IMG/VR virus record: IMGVR_UViG_3300050821_003619
Span: 32,001 to 96,000 of that record
Source of the DNA: a virus
Strand: one strand, 5' to 3'
Length of the DNA: 64,000 nt
The notes below the pieces were generated by a model. That model was not told the DNA's origin, did no database searches, and saw only the letters and a program-made list of their open reading frames with translations. Of this stretch, positions 17,280-28,240 are shown in pieces (within the stretch, counting starts at the first letter, position 1; each line of letters begins with the position of its first letter). The translations under genes were made by a program, and so were the position numbers.

Positions 17280-17738
17280 ATGAAGAAGCTTTTCGCTGCT
17301 GTACTGATGCTGGCGTCAGCATTTGCTGCTGCCCAAACCACAAACAATTTTACTTTTGGTCCGCGCCCTACCATCACTAACATTGCTCCGATGACTTCGG
17401 TTAACGGTGTTTCAGTCGATCCTGCTACCAATAGCACTGTAGATTTTCAGACTTCGGACTTCAGCACTGCTCCGGGGTTCGCGTTGTATTTCCCTTACAG
17501 CATCGACGGTACCAGTGGTATTCTTGAAGGAGGAACGATTCAGTATGGTGTACGCGTTATTACCGGCGTGAACACTGCTACTCAGTCTGATACGTTCTCT
17601 TTCTTCGGTGGAGAATTTACCGGCACTGTAATTGAAACCTTCACCTTCGCTACGCAGCGTGTGTGCGGTGGTCGTAGTTGCCACAACGTGACGGTGTATA
17701 CCAGCACGGGTGGAACGGGAACGTTGACAAAGAACTAA
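17280..17738 (+). CDS. secreted Thr-rich beta protein
   Basis: AGGAG RBS; signal peptide ending AAA. Confidence 0.65.
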   Translation: MKKLFAAVLMLASAFAAAQTTNNFTFGPRPTITNIAPMTSVNGVSVDPATNSTVDFQTSDFSTAPGFALYFPYSIDGTSGILEGGTIQYGVRVITGVNTATQSDTFSFFGGEFTGTVIETFTFATQRVCGGRSCHNVTVYTSTGGTGTLTKN

Positions 17739-17747
17739 GGGACAAAC

Positions 17748-18218
17748 ATGACAAAGCAGGCTCAGAGCACGGGGGCTTCAAATGAAGCCCCTTACGAAGG
17801 TTCGTTGGAAGAAGTATTTGATAATCCTCCTACTCAAGAAGAAATTGAAGAGAATTCGCGCCCTATTGAAGAGATCGCTGAGGAAGAAGCACCTGTAAAT
17901 GCAGGTACCATTACGTACGGTATCGATAGTCTAGCTCGCATAGAGATTACTAAGCTGGCTCTATTAGCGCAGAATATTCTTGCACGACAAGAAAATGCAC
18001 CGTCTACCACGACCGGCAGCTTGAACATTTTAGGGTTCGACTTTAACGTCCGTGTACTTCCTAAACAAGATGCTATGATTGGTGGAGAAAACAAAATTGG
18101 CCGACCGGGGCTGGTATTGGAAGTGAATGATGGTGACCGCACCTACGCTGTGGCTAAGCTGGAGTGGGATCACAACAAGCAAGTGTATGTACTATTCGCA
18201 GGCAAAGGAGTAAACTAA
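17748..18218 (+). CDS. hypothetical protein with acidic N-terminus
   Basis: co-oriented ORF. Confidence 0.55.
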   Translation: MTKQAQSTGASNEAPYEGSLEEVFDNPPTQEEIEENSRPIEEIAEEEAPVNAGTITYGIDSLARIEITKLALLAQNILARQENAPSTTTGSLNILGFDFNVRVLPKQDAMIGGENKIGRPGLVLEVNDGDRTYAVAKLEWDHNKQVYVLFAGKGVN

Positions 18219-18449
18219 ATGAACAAGTTTTTTGAAGCTATTGGATTGGGAATAGTGGCTTTTGTTGTAGTGATTGGCTTGTCTTTGTTGCTGGCTTTTC
18301 CTACCAAGTGGGCAATCAACTATGTGGTTAACCCAACGTTGTTGGCAACTGTTTTCACTACCGGCCACTTTAGTGTATGGCACGCATGGGCATTAAACTT
18401 CTTGGCAAGCTCGCTCGTTAAGTCTACAAACACAGGGAGCACGAAGTAG
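18219..18449 (+). CDS. membrane protein
   Basis: AGGAG RBS; two hydrophobic segments. Confidence 0.6.
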   Translation: MNKFFEAIGLGIVAFVVVIGLSLLLAFPTKWAINYVVNPTLLATVFTTGHFSVWHAWALNFLASSLVKSTNTGSTK

Positions 18450-18713
18450 ATGGTCACTGACACCGAATTTATCAATGCATTACGCAGCGCAAAAATGAGC
18501 ACAGTAGAACTGGCTGATGGATTAGGTGTCAGTCAACCTACCATCCGTAGATGGCGCAACGGTCGTAACCTGCCATATTCACCTATGAGACCGGCCATTA
18601 TGCTGTTTCTTGGCAAAGTTGATAAACGCAGGGCTGGAGTAGTAAACCAGATTCAACGTACAGCATTCGATGCTTACGAAGGATTAAACGGAAGGATGCC
18701 CACTAAGTTGTAG
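18450..18713 (+). CDS. XRE-family HTH regulator
   Basis: MSxxELADxLGVSQPTIRRWxNGxNxP. Confidence 0.8.
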   Translation: MVTDTEFINALRSAKMSTVELADGLGVSQPTIRRWRNGRNLPYSPMRPAIMLFLGKVDKRRAGVVNQIQRTAFDAYEGLNGRMPTKL

Positions 18714-18722
18714 GAGAGATAA

Positions 18723-19532
18723 GTGCAAGATGATCACAAGTATGGTCCCGGTGAATGGGTAGTTCACAAAGAAAGAAGTGCACCGGGTGGGTTGAAAGAC
18801 ATAGTACTTCAAGATTTAATACCAACAACAGCAATACATGGGGAGGTAGTAGCTGGCCGAGCTACTACAGTACGTAAGGACCTTCAACGCCTTACGGCAA
18901 ACATGCAACAAGATACATTTACGTTGGCAGACCTTTTCTATGAAGCCCAAGCGAACGCGTACTACCTACAGTGGGGGTTCGACAGCTTAGGTGACTACGC
19001 CACTAAGGAGCTAGGTATTAAGGAGCGCAAAGCCCAATACCTTGCTCGCATAGTTAAGGTCTGCCGTGATGTTGGAGTGACCCGTAAGAACTACGAACCG
19101 GCAGGCATATCGAAGTTGAGAGAGATCACCACACTTGATCCTGACGGCTTCTATTTCGACAAAGAGAAGAACCAGAATTTTCCTCTAGATGAGATCATAG
19201 TTGATCTTATTCTTGATGCTCCTGACATGACAATGCAGCAAGTCAAAGACAAGGTTGATCTGCTTAAAGGTCAAGTAGGGGAAGATAGGCAAGTCATCAG
19301 AAGCTTTGGTTGCACACAATCTTGCTGGACAAACGTCATCAGTAAAGCTTTAGAACTAGCAGCACGTAAGCTTGGCTCTGCTGGAAGAGATGAGTCAGGT
19401 AACGCAATAGAATTTTCTGAGGGTGCGAAGTGGGAGATAATTTGCGTTTCCTTCTTACAGGATCAGAACAACTATATAGAAGACCACGGAGAAACTAATG
19501 AAGACAATAGCGACCCTTCTATTACTGTGTAG
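18723..19532 (+). CDS. DUF3102-like/HTH DNA-binding protein
   Basis: LxxLxYE...YxxWGFxSxxxYxxxELGxxxRKAQYL. Confidence 0.55.
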   Translation: MQDDHKYGPGEWVVHKERSAPGGLKDIVLQDLIPTTAIHGEVVAGRATTVRKDLQRLTANMQQDTFTLADLFYEAQANAYYLQWGFDSLGDYATKELGIKERKAQYLARIVKVCRDVGVTRKNYEPAGISKLREITTLDPDGFYFDKEKNQNFPLDEIIVDLILDAPDMTMQQVKDKVDLLKGQVGEDRQVIRSFGCTQSCWTNVISKALELAARKLGSAGRDESGNAIEFSEGAKWEIICVSFLQDQNNYIEDHGETNEDNSDPSITV

Positions 19533-19737
19533 TCTGTACGGGCATGAGTCGCGCAACTCTAACCCTTGTGCTCAGATGTGTGGTTGCAAGAAGCAGCACT
19601 GGAATGAGTGCTCTGTGTATTGCTTCCAGATGTATAAGAGCGACGGTACACCACGCTGCATGACTCAAGAAGAAATGGATGGTTGTTCTAGGTTGTGCTT
19701 AGGTAAAGGTCCGGCGAAACATGAAGGTGGAAAATGA
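19498..19737 (+). CDS. small Cys-rich, probably exported protein
   Basis: hydrophobic N-terminus; many Cys. Confidence 0.5.
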   Translation: MKTIATLLLLCSLYGHESRNSNPCAQMCGCKKQHWNECSVYCFQMYKSDGTPRCMTQEEMDGCSRLCLGKGPAKHEGGK

Positions 19738-19937
19738 AGACAGACGTTAACAAAGCTTTATCACAGCTACAGAAACTCTACAATGATGCAGGGCTAGGTT
19801 CGTTAGATTTTATCTATCGTAACCACTCGTCATGGATTGCACTAAAATCGCGTCCCAACAGCTTCATGGACAACAAGAACATTCCGGCGATTGACTATCC
19901 TTCAAAGGTGAACATTGAGCCTGAGACTTCCGCCTGA
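19734..19937 (+). CDS. hypothetical protein
   Basis: ATGA overlap with the upstream gene. Confidence 0.45.
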   Translation: MKTDVNKALSQLQKLYNDAGLGSLDFIYRNHSSWIALKSRPNSFMDNKNIPAIDYPSKVNIEPETSA

Positions 19938-20202
19938 GGAGTACCATGCTCTGGTTCAGAGCGTACTTGTACGGGATAATTGGAAATGCCGACATTGCAA
20001 ATCTAGAAACAATCTTCACGCCCATCACATTGTGTTTAGGAGCGAGATGGGACCTGATGCTTCTGGGAATCTTGTAATACTTTGTTTATATTGCCATGAA
20101 GGTGTGCATCAGTATAAGCTGTTTATTGACGAAACGCAGCCGGGTAAAGGGGCCGACTCAGAGCTTATCTTTACCCGGCAAGATGGATGGAAACCAAAAT
20201 GA
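19915..20202 (+). CDS. HNH endonuclease
   Basis: VLxRDxWxCxxC...LxAHHIxxRSxxG.D...NLxxLCxxCH. Confidence 0.85.
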   Translation: MSLRLPPEEYHALVQSVLVRDNWKCRHCKSRNNLHAHHIVFRSEMGPDASGNLVILCLYCHEGVHQYKLFIDETQPGKGADSELIFTRQDGWKPK

Positions 20203-20486
20203 CTACAACATGGTATAGAGTTTCTACGTGGGGAAAACCAAAGATCACTACAGTAGAGGTAACCAAAGAAACTGATAAGTACATCACGTATTTACAGCCT
20301 AGCTGGGATAACAAACGAATGGACGAACGTAGATCGTCTAAAAGTAATGAGTTCTGGCCGACCTTCGCTGCAGCACGGCAGGAATTGCTTGTTCGATATA
20401 AGCGAGATATGAATCAGGCGCAGATTGAGTACGAAGAAGCCAAAGAGCGCTTCCACAAAGTATACTTGATGGAGAAGCCGGAATGA
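20199..20486 (+). CDS. hypothetical protein
   Basis: ATGA overlap; VxVxKET motif. Confidence 0.6.
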   Translation: MTTTWYRVSTWGKPKITTVEVTKETDKYITYLQPSWDNKRMDERRSSKSNEFWPTFAAARQELLVRYKRDMNQAQIEYEEAKERFHKVYLMEKPE

Positions 20487-20587
20487 GTGATGAGTTTGAA
20501 TTTCCCGAAGTAATAGGTGTTGGACATTTGGTGGCATGATATTCAGCTTAGGGCTTCTGTTAGAAAAAAGATAAAAAGGAGGATACC

Positions 20588-22420
20588 ATGTTTACTCTGT
20601 TTGACTACCAGCAAGAATGTGAACAGGCAGTCATAGACCATAGGAAACAGGGTATCCTGCAGCAACTGGTTGTGATGGCTACGGGCACAGGGAAGACCGT
20701 AGTCTTCTCCAGCATCATTAAGAGAATGCTACCCCTCCTAGGTGGCAAGGTGCTGGTATTTGCTCACCGTGAAGAGTTAGTTGATCAAGCTATTGACGCA
20801 ATAAGAGAAATGAATCCCGGCCTTAAGGTCGGCAAGGAGATGGCTAATGATTGGGCTGATATTGACTGCGACGTGGTTGTTAGTTGTGTTGCCTCTATTG
20901 GCAGGGCTGGGAGTACTAGGCTTACTCGTTTTGGAAGCTTCAATCTCGTTATCTGCGATGAAGCGCACCACTCCATCGCGCAAAGCTACCTCAACGTCTT
21001 CGAAACCACCGGAGTACTCAAACCGGATTCTAAGGCGTTACTGATTGGTTTCACCGCTACGCCTAAGCGCCGTAATCTTACGCGTGCCGAGAAGAAAACT
21101 GTAACTCTCGATGACGAGCAGATTCTGTCTCTCAAGAGCGTGTATAAAAAGATTGTATATAGCTTTGACCTTCGCACAGCGGTTAAGAAGGGATGGCTGG
21201 CCCCTCCGCGAGGCTTTCGCGTGAAAACGGAGACAAGCCTTGATAATGTCAAAGTTACTGCCGGGGACTTTCAGCAGGACCAGCTTTCTGAAGCAGTCAA
21301 CACCCCCGTGCGTAATGCACAAGTGGTCGATGCATGGGAACAATACGGTGAAGGCCGACAGACTGTGGGTTTTACCGTTGATATCAACCATGCAAAAGAC
21401 TTGGCAAAAGCTTTCCAGAACCGTGGGCACCGTTTTGAAGCTGTCTGGGGTAATGACCCTGACCGTTCTGAGAAGCTACGACAACACAAATCCAAACTAA
21501 TCACCGGCCTGCTAAATGCACAAGTACTAACAGAGGGCTATGACGATTGGCAAGTTTCGTGTGTAATTAGTGCGGCTCCAACACAAAGCCCTACTAAGTA
21601 TCCTCAAGAAATTGGGCGTGGCACTCGTCTACAGAAAGGAGCAGGCAACCTTCTTGAAGCAATTCAGAAAGGGTACGCTCTCTCTAAGGTAGATTGTATT
21701 GTGATTGATATCGTTGACAACTATAGGCGCAACACATTGTCCACTCTCCCGTCCCTTGTTGGGCTCAATCCAGAGTTCGACCTTGGGGGAGAGAGTGCAA
21801 TTAAAGCCGTAGAGAAACTGGAAGAGTTACAGGAGAAGTATCCCGGCGTAAACTTTACGCACCTGACTGATCTTAGCAAAGTCAAAGCATATGTAGAGTC
21901 TATCGACTTGTTTGCTGATCCATACACAGATGAGATTAAGCAGTTCTCTGAGTTCACATGGATGCCATTGCAGGACGGTTCGTTTGTTCTGTCTATCCCT
22001 GAGGACCAAGAGCTTGTAAAGCAAAAGAGATATTCTCAGTTCAAACACGAGAAACTTTTTATCCGGTCTAACGAACTGAGTGAATATGAAGTGTGGCACA
22101 AGAAGAGCCAGAATGAGAAGAAGCTGATTGAGTTCTCTACTCTGGAAGAGGCCTTCGCTGAAGCTGATGCTATAATGAAGCGTAGTCCTCGTGTAGCCAA
22201 CCGGCTAAAGCCGATTACACGTACAGCAGCGTGGCTTGAGTATGCTGCTACTCCTGCAGCCAAGAAGTATCTGTCTAAGCTGGCCCGTGGGAAATACGTT
22301 AACTGGTGCCTGTGTGATCGATTCGGTAACGCCGGGGAGACCTGCACAGTGTGCCAGAAACCTATGGGTGTGACGGCTGGGCAAGTAGCAACTGCAATTA
22401 ATAGATTAAAGGCCAAATAA
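20588..22420 (+). CDS. SF2 DEAH helicase (Irc3/YejH-like)
   Basis: MATGTGKT, DEAHH, GFTATP, LTEGYD, QxIGRGTR. Confidence 0.9.
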   Translation: MFTLFDYQQECEQAVIDHRKQGILQQLVVMATGTGKTVVFSSIIKRMLPLLGGKVLVFAHREELVDQAIDAIREMNPGLKVGKEMANDWADIDCDVVVSCVASIGRAGSTRLTRFGSFNLVICDEAHHSIAQSYLNVFETTGVLKPDSKALLIGFTATPKRRNLTRAEKKTVTLDDEQILSLKSVYKKIVYSFDLRTAVKKGWLAPPRGFRVKTETSLDNVKVTAGDFQQDQLSEAVNTPVRNAQVVDAWEQYGEGRQTVGFTVDINHAKDLAKAFQNRGHRFEAVWGNDPDRSEKLRQHKSKLITGLLNAQVLTEGYDDWQVSCVISAAPTQSPTKYPQEIGRGTRLQKGAGNLLEAIQKGYALSKVDCIVIDIVDNYRRNTLSTLPSLVGLNPEFDLGGESAIKAVEKLEELQEKYPGVNFTHLTDLSKVKAYVESIDLFADPYTDEIKQFSEFTWMPLQDGSFVLSIPEDQELVKQKRYSQFKHEKLFIRSNELSEYEVWHKKSQNEKKLIEFSTLEEAFAEADAIMKRSPRVANRLKPITRTAAWLEYAATPAAKKYLSKLARGKYVNWCLCDRFGNAGETCTVCQKPMGVTAGQVATAINRLKAK

Positions 22421-22428
22421 GGAGACCC

Positions 22429-23040
22429 GTGGAAATCCATGAGTTAAACGAAACTCAGCTAGCGTTGCTTATAAACATTGTGACTCAAAACAACACCTTT
22501 GCAGTGGCTTCAATCCCAGAAGGGCACGATGATTACGCAGAAAAAGGCGTACACTATGCAGAGGTTGCAAAGGATGTAGAGTACCTAGCCTTTATAGGGT
22601 TCATAGAGGACCTGTCAAATAAACCCGGCAGGCATCATGTGCTTAATGACATAGCCAGTAAGTCTACGGGCTACAACTATAAAGCGTACACAGCCACGGA
22701 AATGGCATTCTTGATGTTCCAAAGCTACCTTGATGAAACCGAAAAAGAAATGAAGTACAAGTACAGCATCAACTAAGTAGGAGAATACATGTTTTATGTG
22801 AGCATTTGCACAGTTTGTAACTGTGGACTTTCTGGGGATCGCTATGCTAGGGATCACTCCAATTCTCAATGCCGGGAGTTCATGAGACTTCGTGAACACT
22901 ACAACGTTCCAATGACTATGAGAATTGACCAAGAAGACTTCTCTCTGGCATTAGTTGTAGAAAAGGAATTGGGACATTTACCAAAACCAAAGAAGAAGCT
23001 GAACAGTACGCACAAAAGGAAAATTTATGAGCAAGATTGA
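22429..23040 (+). other. two hypothetical genes (22429..22776, 22789..23040)
   Basis: AGGAG RBSs; co-oriented ORFs. Confidence 0.55.
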
Positions 23041-23554
23041 AGACGAAATTTCAAGACTGCATAGTGACATAACTGACAACGATCTATCAGTGCAGCACAT
23101 TGAGTATGACCCTTATGGGCAACCCAACAGCCAAAACGCTATAAACCGTGCTCAGTTGGAAAACCTAACAGTAGTGTTCCCTCAACCTTACGAATTGTTT
23201 ATAGATTTGGATAATGAACACAGTTATCAAATGTTCATTCGTTTATTCCAGATTTTTCTGAAGTTTGTTGATGGAGATGCGTCGTTTACAGAACGTCCTT
23301 CAAAGAGTGGTTTACCTAAACGTCACGTTACTGTGTACATGAGTAGAGATGTAAAGGATGAAACTGAGCGCGTGATGTTTCAAGCGTTCCTTGGCTCAGA
23401 TCGTGTACGCGAGCTTCTTGGTTATGTGCAGGCAGCCAACGGTGATCCACACCCCACTCTGTTTTTAGAGAAAGGACAAGACGTTTTACCTGCTGCACCT
23501 GAGCGTGCTATGCTTACTGGTGAAATCCTGAGTGATTCAGATATTCCTTTTTAA
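23027..23554 (+). CDS. AEP (primase-polymerase)-like small protein with SSB-like tail
   Basis: FIDLD, SKSG..xH motifs; ends DSDIPF. Confidence 0.5.
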   Translation: MSKIEDEISRLHSDITDNDLSVQHIEYDPYGQPNSQNAINRAQLENLTVVFPQPYELFIDLDNEHSYQMFIRLFQIFLKFVDGDASFTERPSKSGLPKRHVTVYMSRDVKDETERVMFQAFLGSDRVRELLGYVQAANGDPHPTLFLEKGQDVLPAAPERAMLTGEILSDSDIPF

Positions 23555-23701
23555 CATGCACATCATACTATTCGTTTTACTCAGTGTGCCAAAGAAGGTA
23601 GCACATATGGTAAAAATGGGCGCAATCACAGTAGTGAAGGCCTACTCTCCTGATGGTGACCCTTATGCGGCTTCACAGAAAAAGAAAGATCATGGATACT
23701 A

Positions 23702-25762
23702 ATGTCAAGAGCGATACCCGAGGAATTACGCAATAGCGCAGGCTTACAGTATATTGTAAGCAAAGGATGGGACTGGGAAGGTCCTTCTTCTGGACAAGTA
23801 AAAGTGCGTGAGTGTCCCATCTGTCATAAAGGTGACTACAAATTCCTAATGAACGTCAGTAGTCCCGAGCAGGGTTCCAGAGACGGACTTTTTATGTGTT
23901 TCCATGGAAGCTGCGGAGCAACTGGGAACTTAGTAAAGTTAAAAGAACTGATGGGGGACCGTATAGCTGGTGTTCAATCCCGTGGAGATTGGGCCGGTAA
24001 GAAGGACAACAAACCTCCTGATCAACTACCAGATGTTGAAGTATGCCACGCTACCCTGCTAGGTGACGCCGAGGCTATGGATTACCTTATCCATGAGCGC
24101 GGGTTCACCGAAGAGATTATCAGGCAACAGAAACTAGGTATCAAAGAGAAGCAGTGGTTCAGAGAGGCCGGTGAAACCAGAGCGCTGGTGTACCCTTATT
24201 TGGTAAATGGTAACATCGTATACGCCAAGTATCGTACTCTGCCTCCTGATCCTAAAGATTTCAGTGCTCCATCGGGCTGGGAGGCCCCACTGTATAATGG
24301 ACAAATCCTCCAAGAAGGTCTTAAAGAAGTTATCTTCGTTGAAGGCGAAGCCAATGCAGTCGGAATGCTCTCGCATGGTATTAGCTGCGTTTGCGGAGTG
24401 CCGGGAGCCAATGTTAAGAAAGCTGCTTGGATTGAAGCCCTTGATCAAATAGCACCAGAGAGGATTTATATATTCTATGACCACGACAAAGCAGGCAACA
24501 AAGCGGCACAAGAAATCGCCTCGCGTATCGGCATCGACAAGTGCCTCAAAATCACGCTTCCTGCCTTTGAGGTGCAAGTACCCCTCGATGAGTGCAAGCT
24601 ATGTGGAGAAGATGGACTCGATGTTAAAACAGGGCAACCCTGCTCTCATAGAAGAAGCGGCAAAGATTTTAATGAGTGGTTCCAAAAGGGAAAAGGTACG
24701 CTTGAAGGTTTTGAAGAGCTTAAAGAAAAAGCGAAACTCTTCGATGTCACAGGCGTCACGTCCTCGAAAGACGCGTTAGAGCAATTAGAGGACGAACTTG
24801 CTGGTAAAGAGGACCTTGCCCCAAAGTACGTTACGCAGTATCCAGCACTAAACATGCTGGTAGGATTTGAAGATGGGGACATTGTAGATATCGTTGCACC
24901 GGGCAAGATTGGCAAAACTACTTTTGGTTTGAATTTAATTGACCATATGGTAGCTACATACGGTGAAGACGGGCTGGTCGTGTGCTTAGAAATGACTCAG
25001 GCACGACTGGCCCGTAAGTGGGTGAGCATTGTTACAGGGTTCGAAGAAGTGCCGCATCCACCCGGAAGCGATGAAGCCAAAGCTAAGCTTGCTGAATTGA
25101 AAGACTCAGTGATCAAAGCGAAGGAAATTCAACGTGAACGTGGAGCCGACCTATACTTCGCGTACCCTCAACTTGTGAAAGAGCCAGAGGATGTTTTCAA
25201 GCTTATTAGAGATTGTATCCGTCGCTACGGCGTTAAGTGGGTCATGTTTGATAACCTACAGCGTCTGTGTGATGATACTCTCAAGCATCAAGGTCACAGA
25301 ACCGTCCATCTCTCCCAAATAAGCAAAGGGTTCGCTAAGCTAGCCAAGGATTACAAAATAAAGCTGATCCGCATTGTGCAGCCTAAGCAAATCGATGCCG
25401 GTGAAGTGATCACCTCTCGCAGCGTAGATGGTTCATCACAAATTGAGAAAGATTGTGATGCTCAGATTCTATTGTGGAGAAAAAGCCTGAATAGCCCCAA
25501 AGCTAGTCAATATGATGATGAGCAAGAATCGGGAGAAGAAAAGCAGGAAATCTTCGATAAAGATATGAAGGTTACGGTGTCTCTATCCCGCTATAGTTCT
25601 GGGGGCTGGTGCTGGCTTGTATTTGATGGCGCACGCTCTACGGTAAAATCGAAAGTAACTACTAAGGACAAGCAAAACTTTAATGCTATCATAAACGGTG
25701 CCGTGCCTGTAGAGGCTAGCCCAACTCCGATAGCTATACCTCAGGAAGAAATAAATGTTTAA
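23702..25762 (+). CDS. primase-helicase (Zn finger, TOPRIM, DnaB-like; T7 gp4/Twinkle type)
   Basis: CPIC...C..xxC; VEGE; DHDKAG; GKIGKTT; LEM; FDNLQ; GSSQIEKDCD. Confidence 0.9.
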   Translation: MSRAIPEELRNSAGLQYIVSKGWDWEGPSSGQVKVRECPICHKGDYKFLMNVSSPEQGSRDGLFMCFHGSCGATGNLVKLKELMGDRIAGVQSRGDWAGKKDNKPPDQLPDVEVCHATLLGDAEAMDYLIHERGFTEEIIRQQKLGIKEKQWFREAGETRALVYPYLVNGNIVYAKYRTLPPDPKDFSAPSGWEAPLYNGQILQEGLKEVIFVEGEANAVGMLSHGISCVCGVPGANVKKAAWIEALDQIAPERIYIFYDHDKAGNKAAQEIASRIGIDKCLKITLPAFEVQVPLDECKLCGEDGLDVKTGQPCSHRRSGKDFNEWFQKGKGTLEGFEELKEKAKLFDVTGVTSSKDALEQLEDELAGKEDLAPKYVTQYPALNMLVGFEDGDIVDIVAPGKIGKTTFGLNLIDHMVATYGEDGLVVCLEMTQARLARKWVSIVTGFEEVPHPPGSDEAKAKLAELKDSVIKAKEIQRERGADLYFAYPQLVKEPEDVFKLIRDCIRRYGVKWVMFDNLQRLCDDTLKHQGHRTVHLSQISKGFAKLAKDYKIKLIRIVQPKQIDAGEVITSRSVDGSSQIEKDCDAQILLWRKSLNSPKASQYDDEQESGEEKQEIFDKDMKVTVSLSRYSSGGWCWLVFDGARSTVKSKVTTKDKQNFNAIINGAVPVEASPTPIAIPQEEINV

Positions 25763-26120
25763 CGAAATTGACCGTATTGCAGCCTTATCTGTGATTGTAG
25801 GTATAGGCGCAGCGTTCTCAGCAGCACTGTATTACACATTGAAACCACCAACACAACCAACACAAAGGACACAAGACGTGGATAAGAATCTGACTATTGC
25901 AACTTACATTAAGCAGTTCGTGAACGACCGTGCAACCTCAAATGAGCCTCACTTCTTTGCCAACGCATTGCGTGAGTTCGTCTCCACCAATTCGGGCACT
26001 ATTCCTGCACCCGGCACCACTGATCGTATCCTTCGTAAGCTTCGTCAGAAGGGCGAGATCGATTACGCAGTGGAAAACCGTAAGCTGTCCTATTACCTTG
26101 CTAAGCCGGTAGTGAAGTGA
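25755..26120 (+). CDS. putative winged-helix protein (true start may be GTG 25878)
   Basis: APGTTDRILRKLRQKGEIDYxV. Confidence 0.5.
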   Translation: MFNEIDRIAALSVIVGIGAAFSAALYYTLKPPTQPTQRTQDVDKNLTIATYIKQFVNDRATSNEPHFFANALREFVSTNSGTIPAPGTTDRILRKLRQKGEIDYAVENRKLSYYLAKPVVK

Positions 26121-26599
26121 TTTATATCGGCATTGATCCCGGTTTATCGGGAGCCGTTGCGATTATTGACGGCACAGATGTAAAGCTGTTTGATACACCC
26201 ACGGCTGAAACTGGAAAAGGCAGCAAGAGAGACTATCTGATTGCCAATATGTCTGACATCCTAAGGACTACTCAGCCCTTTTACATGTTTGCCGTATTAG
26301 AGGCTGTGCACTCCATGCCTAAACAAGGGGTAGCTTCTAGTTTTAGTTTTGGTCGTGGGTTGGGTATCTGGGAAGGCATCCTATCGGCGCATAGTATACC
26401 GTATGCTAAGGTAGCTCCTCAGACTTGGAAGAAAGCTATGTTAGGGGACATGCCGAGAGACAATAAAGACTCATCTCGCATAGCAGCCACCCGGCTGTTC
26501 CCTAATGCATCAGACATGCTGGCACGTAAGAAAGATGACGGAAGAGCCGAGGCACTTTTGATGGCAGAATATGGAAAGAGACTAAGAGGAAAAGCATGA
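26117..26599 (+). CDS. RuvC-like Holliday junction resolvase
   Basis: IGIDPG, E, SxFSFG, PQxWKK, DGxAEALL. Confidence 0.85.
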   Translation: MIYIGIDPGLSGAVAIIDGTDVKLFDTPTAETGKGSKRDYLIANMSDILRTTQPFYMFAVLEAVHSMPKQGVASSFSFGRGLGIWEGILSAHSIPYAKVAPQTWKKAMLGDMPRDNKDSSRIAATRLFPNASDMLARKKDDGRAEALLMAEYGKRLRGKA

Positions 26600-26759
26600 A
26601 AATTTATAAAATTGATATTAGCCACAAACAATGGGGCAACAACTGGGACTCACAAAAAATCGCGGCACGTAATTTTAATGAAGTTGTACGTAAGATTAAA
26701 AAGACACTTGGTCGCAATGAAAATATAGAGAGTGTACAGGTACTGGCCTCTACCAACTA

Positions 26760-28240
26760 ATGATTGATAAGTCCGAGAAGTATAAGCGCGTCTTCGAAGA
26801 CGTGCGAGCCCTCTACTTAGTTGTGCGCGAGGCCCAAGAGGAACGTGGTTTACCGCTACGTAGGGCAGCGATTCGTTCCAATGGGGAAGTAGCCGCTGAA
26901 GCAATTGATTTTCTATGCGATGTAGAACTTAAAGCCAAGCGGGTGCTTCCTCCGGTAGAATTCGATATGTTACAATTAGGTCTGGAAATTACTTCCGGGT
27001 CCAAATCGGCGCTAGGCGAAGTATTCCTAAAATGCAAACTGGGAGTAAGCGGTGATTATAAAAGCCTCTATTTCCACACAAAGCAAGTGATGGATGGACA
27101 GCCGTTAAACAGCATAGAGTTCGGCAAGGTGTCTGATCCTGCACCGTCACTGGAAGACTACGATAGGAGAACTGCGTAATGAGTTATGATTTAAAAGCAA
27201 CCGAGTTAGAATTTCTTCAATATTTCTATAGCGCAGCAGGAGAGTGCTTTGGTCCTGCCGACAATGAAATATACCAAGCAATAAAAGAAAATTTTAAGAA
27301 GTGGAAAGGTAAGGAATTACCTGATGGATACGCAATCGAACAGTGCTGAGGTGCACCTTACAGCAGAGAACGTAGAAAATACCGATTTAGAGCATTTGAA
27401 AGAAGTGCCAGAGAAACCAAAGCAATTAACCAGAGCCGAAATTGGTAAACTTCGTAGAGCATATATTACTGTGGTGCACGGCATCGTAAAAGCCTGTGGG
27501 CACAAGTTTGATCCCAAGGGTCAACCACGAATGTCAAATTGTCCATGGTGCTGGGAAGCGTATTTTATGGTGGCTGTAGATACGGCTGCTATCCACAACG
27601 ATCTAATGAAGGGCGGGAAGAAGGCTCTGGAGGCAAAATTCGGCAAGACGTTCGTTAAGCAGTTTGGACAATTCCTGATTGAGCAGATGACGAAGGAAAT
27701 GCATGAGAACAACAGTAGACCCACAAATAGTGATAGTGGAAGCACAGATCAACATACACACAGCGATCAATGCGATCATGGAGTTCGCGGTGAAGTACCC
27801 AGCGGAGAGACTCAGCCCATTGGAGGCTGAACAACTTGAATACGCTGCAGGACGAATAAGAGAACGTATAAGCAAACACTATGCTGAGGAGAGCAATGGG
27901 AGAGATACTGGAATTCAAACGACCGGAACCGAAGATGCCTTCAAAGAAGCCTATAGACGCATCAATCCCGATAGTCTCCTCGATCACCACGGAGGAGACG
28001 GCAGATAGTCTTCCACGTAAAGTACTAGAAGATGTGCTTGAGTTTGCCGATGACATAGCTGATATTCTGATTATGGTCAGAGGCACGGACGGTACGTTAG
28101 GGTTCGTTACAAGCACAGATGGGTTTGAATCAAGCTTAGCTTTAATTGAATCCGTAAAATTTGGAATGCTCTTAAACAACGCAGTTAATAGCGGGTATAA
28201 CCCCGGCACGGGGGACACTCCTCCGAAAGGATCAGCTTAA
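26760..28240 (+). other. five hypothetical genes (26760..27179, 27179..27349, 27324..27830, 27703..28008, 27896..28240)
   Basis: co-oriented ORFs; 27179..27349 has a phage FGPAD motif and 27324 has CxH...CxxC. Confidence 0.5.

Noticed and set aside
27324-28240. long gene overlaps as a special mechanism
   Set aside because: The overlapping tails are low-information read-through, which is common in compact phage genomes
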